From NCBI GenBank assembly GCA_964498085.1, contig CAZCFX010000001.1, positions 4,374 through 40,024 of the forward strand: a stretch of DNA of 35,651 bases, given 5' to 3'. Both the position numbers and the translations under genes were made by a program. The notes below the pieces were generated by a model that saw only the letters and a list, made by a program, of their open reading frames with translations, was not told the origin of the DNA and did no database searches. This document shows, one piece after another, positions 8,827 to 15,906 of the stretch. Position 1 is the first letter of the stretch; each line of letters begins with the position of its first letter. Source of the DNA: an uncultured Gammaproteobacteria bacterium (GTDB lineage: Bacteria; Patescibacteriota; Patescibacteriia; Patescibacteriales; UBA12465).

Positions 8827-9789
8827 TTAAAACCATTTATTGCGTTTGAAGATGGACAGGAGGGCTATTAAAGAAATTGTCATGATAGACATAATGACCC
8901 AGAAACCATAAGGGCTATTTACTATTGGCATATTAATAGTATTCATTCCAAAGATTCCGGTGATTAAAGTTAATGGCAACATGGAAACGGAAAAAATCGT
9001 CAGAATCATCATGATGTTGTTCATTTTGTTATTCATTAAAGATTCATTGGTGTCATGAAGAGCTTCGATTGTATCTTTTTGAATATCCAACATTTCCCAA
9101 ATTCTTTTTGAATGTTCAACCAAGATGTCGTAATGTTTTTTGATTAATTCTCGTTCCACAATACTGCTACGCATTTCAGTTAAACGTTTTAAAATGTTTT
9201 TGTGGTTTTGGAGAATCTTTCTTAAACTAATAATATTTCTTTTGACGGAGAGCATTTCTTCAGCTGCTTGTTTTTGGGTTCCGGAAAAAATTTGATCTTC
9301 TATTTGGTCAATCTTCACACTGTTTTGGTCAATTAACGGATAGCAATCCTTCATTAAGCGATCCAAAATTTCATAAAGCAACATGACTGACGATTCATTG
9401 GCGTAAGAGAGAAGAGAATTTTGCGATTCTTTGCAGTAAGTAAAAAACTTCTCAATTGTTGGAATGTTGTTGTTGTGAACAGTAATTAAAAATCCATGGC
9501 CGACAAAAAATTCAATCTCGGCAGCAATGATTCGATTGTTTTCAAAAATCGGAAAATGAAGAATCATGAAGAGATAACCATTTTCCTCAAAAATCATTGG
9601 CCTTTGGGCAAAGGTCGTGCAAATTGAAGCTTCCAAATTAGCTGTATTGAAATTGAAACGTTTTTTTAGGTAGTCAATTTCTTTTTTGCTGGCACTAACA
9701 ATGTTTATCCAACTGAGATTAAAGGGGGTATCCGGATTATCAATAAATAGTTCCTCGATTTTTCTCGAAATTTTTTTATGATTGGACAT
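8827..9789 (-). CDS. corA: CorA-family magnesium/cobalt transporter
   Basis: GMN signature in GIFGMNTINMP between two C-terminal TM helices. Start trimmed from 9864 to ATG 9789 (MSNHKKISRK...), because the longer form overlaps the divergent gene at 9834 and adds a non-CorA hydrophobic stretch. Confidence 0.85.
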   Translation of the reverse strand: MSNHKKISRKIEELFIDNPDTPFNLSWINIVSASKKEIDYLKKRFNFNTANLEASICTTFAQRPMIFEENGYLFMILHFPIFENNRIIAAEIEFFVGHGFLITVHNNNIPTIEKFFTYCKESQNSLLSYANESSVMLLYEILDRLMKDCYPLIDQNSVKIDQIEDQIFSGTQKQAAEEMLSVKRNIISLRKILQNHKNILKRLTEMRSSIVERELIKKHYDILVEHSKRIWEMLDIQKDTIEALHDTNESLMNNKMNNIMMILTIFSVSMLPLTLITGIFGMNTINMPIVNSPYGFWVIMSIMTISLIALLSIFKRNKWF

Positions 9790-9833
9790 GGGGGGCTTTT
9801 TTATAATAAGATTGAATGTTATTATTATAGCAT

Positions 9834-11027
9834 ATGGTAAATATCTTGGGAATAAATATTTCAACCTTAAACAGGGAAGAATTGTTTAAAAAAATTATTG
9901 AACTAACAAATGACGGACAGCATTATCTGGTTACTCCAAATCCGGAAATAGTTTTGGCTTCTCATCAAGATGAGGAGTATTTTTATCTTCTAAATCAAGC
10001 AGATTTGGCGCCAGCTGATGGTTTTGGTTTGGTGATTGCCGGTCGTTTGGCTGGTAAAAAAATTCCTCGCATCACCGGTTCTGATCTTACGCCACAACTT
10101 TTGAATGAAGCAGCAGAAAAGGATTGGCCAGTTAGTATTTTGAATTGGTGCGGTGGACTTTCTAGTGCAGCAGATATTCACAAAGTTCTTTGTGAAAAAT
10201 GGCCGAAGTTAAAATTTCAAATTATTGATTTGGAGAAAACCGTTGTTCTGCCGGAAGAAATTCTCGCTTCCTTGAATAATTTTTCACCGAAAATTTTGTT
10301 TTGTTCTTTCGGCGCACCTTTTCAAGAGAAAGTTATTTATCATAATCTAAAAAAAATCCCGAGCGTTAATCTAGCGATTGCTAATGGTGGTTCTTTTGAT
10401 TTCTTAACCAAAAAAGCTATTCGTGCTCCTAGAATTTTTCGCAAAATAGGACTAGAATGGCTTTGGCGAGTAATTAAACAGCCCAAAAGAATCAAAAGAA
10501 TTTGGCGAGCAACGGCAGTTTTTCTTTGGAAAATATTTCTTTGGCGCTTCATTAACCCCCATCGTTATCGTCCCAATGTTTCCTGCTTAATGGTGAGAAA
10601 AAATAATAATATTTGGGAAGCTTTGCTGGTGGAAAGAGCCGAACCGCGTGGGCACTGGCAAATTCCTCAGGGCGGAACCGATGGTGAAAGTGCTGAAAAG
10701 GCTGGTTTGAGAGAATTACGAGAAGAAACTGGTGTTAAAAATTTGCTTGTTCGAGGAGTTTGGAAGAATGCTTACAAATATCGCTTCTTCAAAAGTGATT
10801 ATCGCGGCACTAACAATAATACGCCTAGACACTTTGATTATCGCGGACAAAAACAATCTTTCTTGGTCGCGGAAATGACCAATCCAAACGAAGAAATAAA
10901 AATAAATTTTTGGGATCATGCCGACTGGCGTTTTGTACCACTTAATCAATTAGTTGAAGAAGTTCATCCAGTTCGAAAAGAAGCGATGGAAAAAATATTA
11001 AATTTTGCAAAAAAAGTTTTAAACTAA
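9834..11027 (+). CDS. Fusion protein: WecG/TagA/CpsF-family (GT26) glycosyltransferase (aa ~1-240) + RppH-like Nudix hydrolase (aa ~245-397)
   Basis: N-terminal part MVNILGINISTLNREEL...YLVTPNPEIVL...ADLAPADGFGLV...LEWLWRV is GT26-like. The C-terminal part YRPNVSCLMV...GHWQIPQGGTDGESAEKAGLRELREETGV...QKQSFLV...DWRFV parallels E. coli RppH (YRPNVGIVI...[30 protein letters not shown]). One uninterrupted frame with no ATG at the junction. Confidence 0.8.
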   Translation: MVNILGINISTLNREELFKKIIELTNDGQHYLVTPNPEIVLASHQDEEYFYLLNQADLAPADGFGLVIAGRLAGKKIPRITGSDLTPQLLNEAAEKDWPVSILNWCGGLSSAADIHKVLCEKWPKLKFQIIDLEKTVVLPEEILASLNNFSPKILFCSFGAPFQEKVIYHNLKKIPSVNLAIANGGSFDFLTKKAIRAPRIFRKIGLEWLWRVIKQPKRIKRIWRATAVFLWKIFLWRFINPHRYRPNVSCLMVRKNNNIWEALLVERAEPRGHWQIPQGGTDGESAEKAGLRELREETGVKNLLVRGVWKNAYKYRFFKSDYRGTNNNTPRHFDYRGQKQSFLVAEMTNPNEEIKINFWDHADWRFVPLNQLVEEVHPVRKEAMEKILNFAKKVLN

Positions 11028-11031
11028 AAAT

Positions 11032-12468
11032 ATGACTAAAAAAAATAGATTGCGTTTTGCGCCGTCACCAACTGGATTTTTGCATATCGGTAATTTGCGT
11101 ACTGCTCTCTTTGGTTATTTGTTGGCAAAAAGTTTGGACGGTGATTTTATTTTACGCATCGAAGACACTGATCAAAAAAGGGAAGTTGAGGGAGCAGTGG
11201 AGAGCTTACTAAAAATAACCAAATGGGTTGGCATAAAATTTGATGAAGGTCCGCTGATTGGTGGTGACTATGGTCCATACATTCAAACTGAACGTTTGGA
11301 TATTTATAAAAAATATGCCGATCAATTAATTAATGAAGGGAAGGCTTATCGCTGTTTTTGCAGTGCTGAAAGATTAGAGGCGATGAGACTTAATCAACAA
11401 GAAGCAAAATTAGCACCACGTTATGACCGTGCTTGTCGTGACCTTTCTTTGGAGGAATCAAACATTCGTGCTTTGGCTGGCGAAACTTTTGTGATTAGGC
11501 AAAGAATGCCTTTGGAGGGAGAAATAAAAGTTTATGATGAATTACGCGGAGAAATTATTTTTAAAGCTGAAGACTTGGATGATCAAGTTTTGATCAAATC
11601 TGACGGCGTCCCAACTTATCAATTTGCTAGCGTGGTCGATGATCACTTAATGGAAATAAGTCATGTTTCTCGGGGCGAAGAATGGATTCCATCTTTTCCA
11701 AAGAATATTTTATTGTATCAATCTTTTGGTTGGCAAGCACCAAAATTTTATCACTTGCCATTAATTCTCAATAAAGGCGGTGGTAAATTATCCAAAAGAC
11801 AAGGCGATGTTTTTGTTGAAGATTATCGCGCCAAAGGATACCTACCAGAAACAATTATTAACTTCTGTGCTTTGCTTGGTTGGCATCCAAAATCCGATCA
11901 AGAATTTTTTACGCTTACAGAATTAGAAAAAGAATTTTCTGCTAACGGTATGGGTATTAGCCCAGCAGTTTTTGATCCAGAAAAATTAGATTTTTTTAAT
12001 GGTTATTATATTCGTCAAAAAACCAATGAAGAATTATTAGAGTTGTGCCAAGAATATTTACCAGAAAATGAAAATAAAGATTTCTTGTTAGCGGTTATTT
12101 CTTTAATCAAAGATCGCCTGAAAAAACTTTCTGAAGCACGCGAACTTTCTGCCTTCTTTTTTGAGTTGCCTGATTACGAAAAAGAATTATTGGCTTGGAA
12201 ATCTTTAAGTGTTGAAGAAAGTATTAATAATTTAAAAGAAATAAAAGAAGTTCTCAAAAATAATTCTATTGTTTGGACTAAAGAAAATTTGGAAGAGCTA
12301 ATTTTCTCCTGGTTGAAAACAAATGACAAAAAAAATGGTGACTATTTATGGCCATTACGCGTTGCTTTATCAGGAGAAAAGAATAGTCCAAGCCCTTTTG
12401 AGATTGCCGCTGTCTTGGGTCGAGAAAAATCACTGGAAAGAATCGAAATAGCATTTACAAAAATATAG
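11032..12468 (+). CDS. gltX: Glutamyl-tRNA synthetase
   Basis: Class I aaRS motifs: PSPTGFLHIGNLRTAL (HIGH-type) and KLSKRQG (KMSKS-type). 478 aa. Starts 4 nt after the preceding stop. Confidence 0.93.
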   Translation: MTKKNRLRFAPSPTGFLHIGNLRTALFGYLLAKSLDGDFILRIEDTDQKREVEGAVESLLKITKWVGIKFDEGPLIGGDYGPYIQTERLDIYKKYADQLINEGKAYRCFCSAERLEAMRLNQQEAKLAPRYDRACRDLSLEESNIRALAGETFVIRQRMPLEGEIKVYDELRGEIIFKAEDLDDQVLIKSDGVPTYQFASVVDDHLMEISHVSRGEEWIPSFPKNILLYQSFGWQAPKFYHLPLILNKGGGKLSKRQGDVFVEDYRAKGYLPETIINFCALLGWHPKSDQEFFTLTELEKEFSANGMGISPAVFDPEKLDFFNGYYIRQKTNEELLELCQEYLPENENKDFLLAVISLIKDRLKKLSEARELSAFFFELPDYEKELLAWKSLSVEESINNLKEIKEVLKNNSIVWTKENLEELIFSWLKTNDKKNGDYLWPLRVALSGEKNSPSPFEIAAVLGREKSLERIEIAFTKI

Positions 12469-12510
12469 AAAAATGTTACAATCCAGAATATAGATAAATA
12501 TTATTGTTTT

Positions 12511-13731
12511 ATGTTTTATAAAAAACGTTTAAAAATTGCTATTCTCATCACTTTTGGCGTTGCTTTTTTATTTTGTCCGCCTTTCGCCAATGGTGTTAGT
12601 TACGATGAAGAAATCAATGAATTGAATGCCAAAATAAAAGCTCAACAAAATCAGATTTCTGCTATTCAAAAACGTCAGCAAACCTATTCTTCCTTGATTG
12701 CTCAAAAAAGAGAAGAGCAATCCAGTTTAAATAATCAATTATCTATTTTGGAAAATCGAGTTAGTAAAGCACAGTTAGATTTGGATGAAACCAAAGGTCA
12801 AATTGTGGAAACAGAATTAGAAATCAAAAAAGCCACTATCGATTTAGAAAATGTTAATCGTTCCATTGAAAAACAAAAAGAACATATCTCGTCTTTATTA
12901 AAGTTAATGTATCGCCAGGATCAAATTTCAACAATTGAAATTCTTTTGGCTAACGATTCTTTATCCGATTTTTTGAATCAAGCAAAATATTTAGAAAATA
13001 CAAGTGAAGAAGTTTCCAAAAGTTTGGAAGATTTGAAAACTAGCCGTGAAAACATGTTGTCTAGTCAAGAAGCCCTGAGAACCAAAGGTGCCGATTTAGT
13101 AAGTTTGAAACAGAAATTAGAAGAGAAAAAGAATGGCTTGGTTTATGAACAAAATAATAAAGAGCAAATTTTACAAGAAACAAAATATTCTGAACAGACT
13201 TATCAAAAACTTTTAGCGCAAGCCAAAAGGGAACAAGCCGCAGCCGCCGCTGATATTGCTAACATGGAAAGAGTTGTTCGCGAAAAATTAGCCAAGGCCA
13301 ACAAAACTTTAGATCCTAACGCGACACTTAATTGGCCAGTTGCCAAAAATACCATTACTTCTACTTTTCATGATCCAGATTATCCATTCCGCAAAAGTAT
13401 TGGTGAACATCCAGCGATTGATGTCAGGGTTGCTCAAGGAAGTAACTTGCGTGCTGCCGCTGATGGTTATGTTGCGAGAGTAAAATTTGCTGGTGATTCC
13501 AGTTATGCCTACATCATGATTGTTCACGGAAATAATTTATCAACGGTTTATGGTCACGTTTCGGCAGTTTATGTGAAAGCCGATCAGTATGTTAGCGCTG
13601 GTCAAGTTATTGGTCGCACCGGTGGTATGCCTGGTTCAGTTGGTTCTGGACCATTTTGCACCGGGCCACACTTACACTTTGAAGTAAGAAAAAATGGTTT
13701 GCCGGTTAATCCTTTAAACTACTTGCCTTAA
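12511..13731 (+). CDS. M23/LytM-family peptidoglycan metalloendopeptidase with long N-terminal coiled coil (EnvC-like architecture)
   Basis: Signal/TM segment, ~250 aa of heptad-like Q/E/K-rich sequence, then an M23 domain with HPAIDV...YGH...GPHLHFEV zinc-ligand motifs. Confidence 0.85.
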   Translation: MFYKKRLKIAILITFGVAFLFCPPFANGVSYDEEINELNAKIKAQQNQISAIQKRQQTYSSLIAQKREEQSSLNNQLSILENRVSKAQLDLDETKGQIVETELEIKKATIDLENVNRSIEKQKEHISSLLKLMYRQDQISTIEILLANDSLSDFLNQAKYLENTSEEVSKSLEDLKTSRENMLSSQEALRTKGADLVSLKQKLEEKKNGLVYEQNNKEQILQETKYSEQTYQKLLAQAKREQAAAAADIANMERVVREKLAKANKTLDPNATLNWPVAKNTITSTFHDPDYPFRKSIGEHPAIDVRVAQGSNLRAAADGYVARVKFAGDSSYAYIMIVHGNNLSTVYGHVSAVYVKADQYVSAGQVIGRTGGMPGSVGSGPFCTGPHLHFEVRKNGLPVNPLNYLP

Positions 13732-13751
13732 TAGAAATAAACAAAAAATAA

Positions 13752-13782
13752 AAAACAACCTGAGAAATCAGGTTGTTTTATT
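13752..13782 (+). terminator. Rho-independent terminator after the M23 peptidase gene
   Basis: Stem AACAACCTGA (13754-13763) / TCAGGTTGTT (13768-13777), GAAA loop, T-rich tail. Confidence 0.75.
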
Positions 13783-13821
13783 AAAAAATAAGCTCGAATT
13801 ATTTTGTATAAATTCGAGCTT
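13783..13821 (-). terminator. Rho-independent terminator of the 13844..14449 gene
   Basis: 11-bp stem AAGCTCGAATT (13790-13800) / AATTCGAGCTT (13811-13821). On the minus strand it is followed by ATTTTTTAA. Confidence 0.7.
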
Positions 13822-13843
13822 AGTCTGTTTAATTAATTGTTGA

Positions 13844-14449
13844 TTAGTTGTCCACCAAAAAGGCAAAACAATCCTTTTTGTTGACTCGTTGAGAATCAAT
13901 TTCTGAAAGTGTCCGTAAATTTGAACCTCCGACGTATGTTATTAATTGGTCTTGTTGCATTGTTATTATCCAATTAATACCCATGTCTTCTAATTCTTTG
14001 CTAGAAAATTTTTCTCTAATGAGACAAACAGCTTCTAAATTTAATGTTTTAAAATTGCGCTTTTTCGCTTCATTTTTAAGATTTTGCACAGTTACAGTTT
14101 GATTCTTAAGTAAAGATTTTCTTAAAATCACAATTTCATAATTAATCCCATTGCTTGGTATTAATTGCTCGCGAATAGTATCTTTCAGGTCTCTATCAAG
14201 ACTAAAAGAATTTAATCTTCGAAGCCATTCTTTCGCGCTGGTATTATCAGAAGTGACTTTAAAACGGATAATTCCATCATTTTCAAGGTATTTACTTGAG
14301 CGTTGTTCTTTATTTAAAGAAATTTTTAAAGATCCTCTTTCTACACCTTTTATGATTTGTGACGGAGCAAGTCCGGTCTGATTTTGTATTTTTGCAAACA
14401 TTTTATTGACGCTTGCTTCGTTGACACCCAAGGGAAGTTTTTTCTCCAT
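13844..14449 (-). CDS. Orphan cytoplasmic protein, no recognisable domain
   Basis: 201-aa ORF with no signal peptide or TM. Hand-counted GC ~27-30% on two 60-nt lines, versus ~40-43% in xerC/gltX lines. Has its own terminator and a long AT-rich upstream tract. Confidence 0.6.
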   Translation of the reverse strand: MEKKLPLGVNEASVNKMFAKIQNQTGLAPSQIIKGVERGSLKISLNKEQRSSKYLENDGIIRFKVTSDNTSAKEWLRRLNSFSLDRDLKDTIREQLIPSNGINYEIVILRKSLLKNQTVTVQNLKNEAKKRNFKTLNLEAVCLIREKFSSKELEDMGINWIITMQQDQLITYVGGSNLRTLSEIDSQRVNKKDCFAFLVDN

Positions 14450-14501
14450 TTTTTTATTTTTTTTTATTTTTCTCTATTCCGAGAAGGAGTTATCGACCAC
14501 C

Positions 14502-14554
14502 GTAGTCACAACCAAAAAAGAACTAAATTTTAATTTTCTTTTGGTTGTGACTAC
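14502..14554. repeat. Perfect 16-bp inverted repeat (long hairpin) between the recombinase gene and the orphan gene
   Basis: GTAGTCACAACCAAAA (14502-14517) and TTTTGGTTGTGACTAC (14539-14554), separated by a 21-nt AT-rich loop. A T-run (TTTTATTTATTTTTT) follows on the plus strand only. Confidence 0.8.
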
Positions 14555-14572
14555 TTTTATTTATTTTTTAAA

Positions 14573-14588
14573 AGTTCAAATATAACTG
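14573..14588 (+). repeat. Direct-repeat copy A (AGTTCAAATATAACTG), just downstream of the recombinase stop
   Basis: Matches 15584-15598 (AGTT-AAATATAACTG) at 15 of 16 positions with one single-base indel. The exact shared core is AAATATAACTG. Confidence 0.7.
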
Positions 14589-14591
14589 TTT

Positions 14592-14620
14592 ATTGTTTCA
14601 TTTAAGCAATCTTTTGTCAA
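14592..14620 (-). promoter_or_regulatory. Possible promoter for the orphan gene (TTGACA-17-AACAAT)
   Basis: Reverse strand reads TTGACA (14620-14615), 17 nt of spacer, then AACAAT (14597-14592). The -10 is weak. It would give a ~135-nt leader containing the 16-bp hairpin. Confidence 0.3.
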
Positions 14621-14627
14621 TCCTTTT

Positions 14628-15566
14628 TTATTTTTTGAGAGGATGAAATTTTTGTTGCTCACTTCTGGCGTAAGTATCGGAAGCATGGACATAACGCGTA
14701 GTAGTATTCAAGGAGTCATGTCCCAATAAAACTTGAATAGCCACTGGATTAGCACCTGATTCAGCTAAATAGGTGGCAAAGCCATGACGGAGAGTGTGGG
14801 CAGAGATTGGCAAATTTATTCCTAGCAATTCACGATACTGTTTAATTTTGTATTGTAAATAATTGGTCGAAATTTTTTTCTCTTGTACTTCAGCGTTCTG
14901 TCCGCGGTAGGGAATAAAAGCGAACGGGGAAGAGTCCATTCTGGTTTTTAGATAAGCCTCCAAGTGTTCCCTGGCTCTTGGTGTTAAATAAACGAAACGT
15001 TCTTTCTTGCCTTTGCCCAAAACAAAAATTCTTCCTTCAGCATCGACTTGTGAAATTTTTAAATTGATCAGTTCAGAAATTCTCATCCCAGTAGAGAAGA
15101 GTACTTCCAGCATCGCTCGATTGCGTAAGCCGATTAAAGGGTTTTTTTCGAGGACAACTGGCGATTCCAATAATTTTGACATTTCGTCAAGTTCAGCAAT
15201 CTGAAGCTTCTTCTTGACAGTTTTGAGCATTTTAATCGCATCTGGTGGAATCGGGCAGGGATGATCCATATCGTTTAAATAGCGAAAATAGCCCCTAAGA
15301 ACCGAAAGTACACGGTTAATTGAATAAGCGCCCAAACGAACCTTGGCGTCGTAATGCTGGGCAGTTTTGCGATCTCTAGAAGTTAAGAAAGCTTTGTATA
15401 GCAAAATATCTTTTTTGGTCAATTTGGAAAAAGATATTTGTGAGTCAATCAAAAAATCTTCAAAAGTTTTGAGATCACGTTCATAGTTATAGAGAGTCTC
15501 CGGAGAATAGTTATTAACTTTTAGATTTAGAAGAAATTCATCGAATAATGGCAAAATTTCAGGCAT
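14628..15566 (-). CDS. XerC/XerD-type tyrosine site-specific recombinase
   Basis: 312 aa. N-terminal SAM-like core-binding domain. The catalytic set is present: R (GMRISEL), K (GKGKKER), HxxR (HTLRHGFAT), H (LLGH) and the Tyr nucleophile (TTRYVH). Confidence 0.9.
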   Translation of the reverse strand: MPEILPLFDEFLLNLKVNNYSPETLYNYERDLKTFEDFLIDSQISFSKLTKKDILLYKAFLTSRDRKTAQHYDAKVRLGAYSINRVLSVLRGYFRYLNDMDHPCPIPPDAIKMLKTVKKKLQIAELDEMSKLLESPVVLEKNPLIGLRNRAMLEVLFSTGMRISELINLKISQVDAEGRIFVLGKGKKERFVYLTPRAREHLEAYLKTRMDSSPFAFIPYRGQNAEVQEKKISTNYLQYKIKQYRELLGINLPISAHTLRHGFATYLAESGANPVAIQVLLGHDSLNTTTRYVHASDTYARSEQQKFHPLKK

Positions 15567-15583
15567 AAAGGTGATGAGTTACT

Positions 15584-15598
15584 AGTTAAATATAACTG
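15584..15598 (+). repeat. Direct-repeat copy B (AGTTAAATATAACTG), in the recombinase 5' leader
   Basis: See copy A. Located between the predicted -10 (15621-15626) and the recombinase ATG (15566). Confidence 0.7.
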
Positions 15599-15620
15599 AG
15601 TATAATATCTCTTACACTCA

Positions 15621-15649
15621 ATTATAGCGTATTCTGAGTTAGTCGTCAA
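15621..15649 (-). promoter_or_regulatory. Near-consensus sigma70 promoter of the recombinase gene (TTGACG-17-TATAAT)
   Basis: Reverse strand reads TTGACG (15649-15644), a 17-nt spacer, then TATAAT (15626-15621), ~55 nt upstream of ATG 15566. Confidence 0.65.
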
Positions 15650-15656
15650 ATAAATA

Positions 15657-15679
15657 AAAGGCAATACTCAATTGCCTTT
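15657..15679 (-). terminator. Rho-independent terminator ending the alr-ftsQ-like operon
   Basis: Stem AAAGGCAAT (15657-15665) / ATTGCCTTT (15671-15679). On the minus strand it is followed by TATTTATTT. Confidence 0.65.
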
Positions 15680-15719
15680 AAATAATAGTTTTCTAAGTTC
15701 AAACTCTCTTCAAGATCAT

Positions 15720-15875
15720 TTATCGATAAGATAATAGTAGTCCCATGACATTCACTTCCGGTGTGAACAATAAAATTATTTTAATGATAATCAGAAAGAC
15801 ACCAATGGTGATTAGACAAAAAAGAAAAATTGCAAAACCAAAAATAAATTTAAAGAAGCCTTCGGAGTTAAGCAT
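15720..15875 (-). CDS. Possible 51-aa single-pass membrane peptide
   Basis: Below the ORF-track size cutoff. Hand translation gives MLNSEGFFKFIFGFAIFLFCLITIGVFLIIIKIILLFTPEVNVMGLLLSYR*. It lies between the ftsQ-like stop (15907) and the operon terminator. No SD seen. Confidence 0.35.
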   Translation of the reverse strand: MLNSEGFFKFIFGFAIFLFCLITIGVFLIIIKIILLFTPEVNVMGLLLSYR

Positions 15876-15906
15876 ATGTTTTTATAGTTTTTAGCAAGGG
15901 AAGTGT

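Noticed and set aside
9790-9864. Longer CorA start (ATG 9864), and likewise the longer EngB start (ATG 33068)
   Set aside because: Both extensions overlap neighbouring genes and add sequence foreign to the family. The internal ATGs (9789; 32999 with ATGA coupling) give canonical N-termini.
14573-15598. Calling the recombinase-flanking repeat a dif site
   Set aside because: By eye only ~7-8 of 11 positions match the conserved XerD arm TTATGTTAAAT. I see no convincing 11-6-11 inverted-arm structure. It is kept as an unexplained repeat instead.
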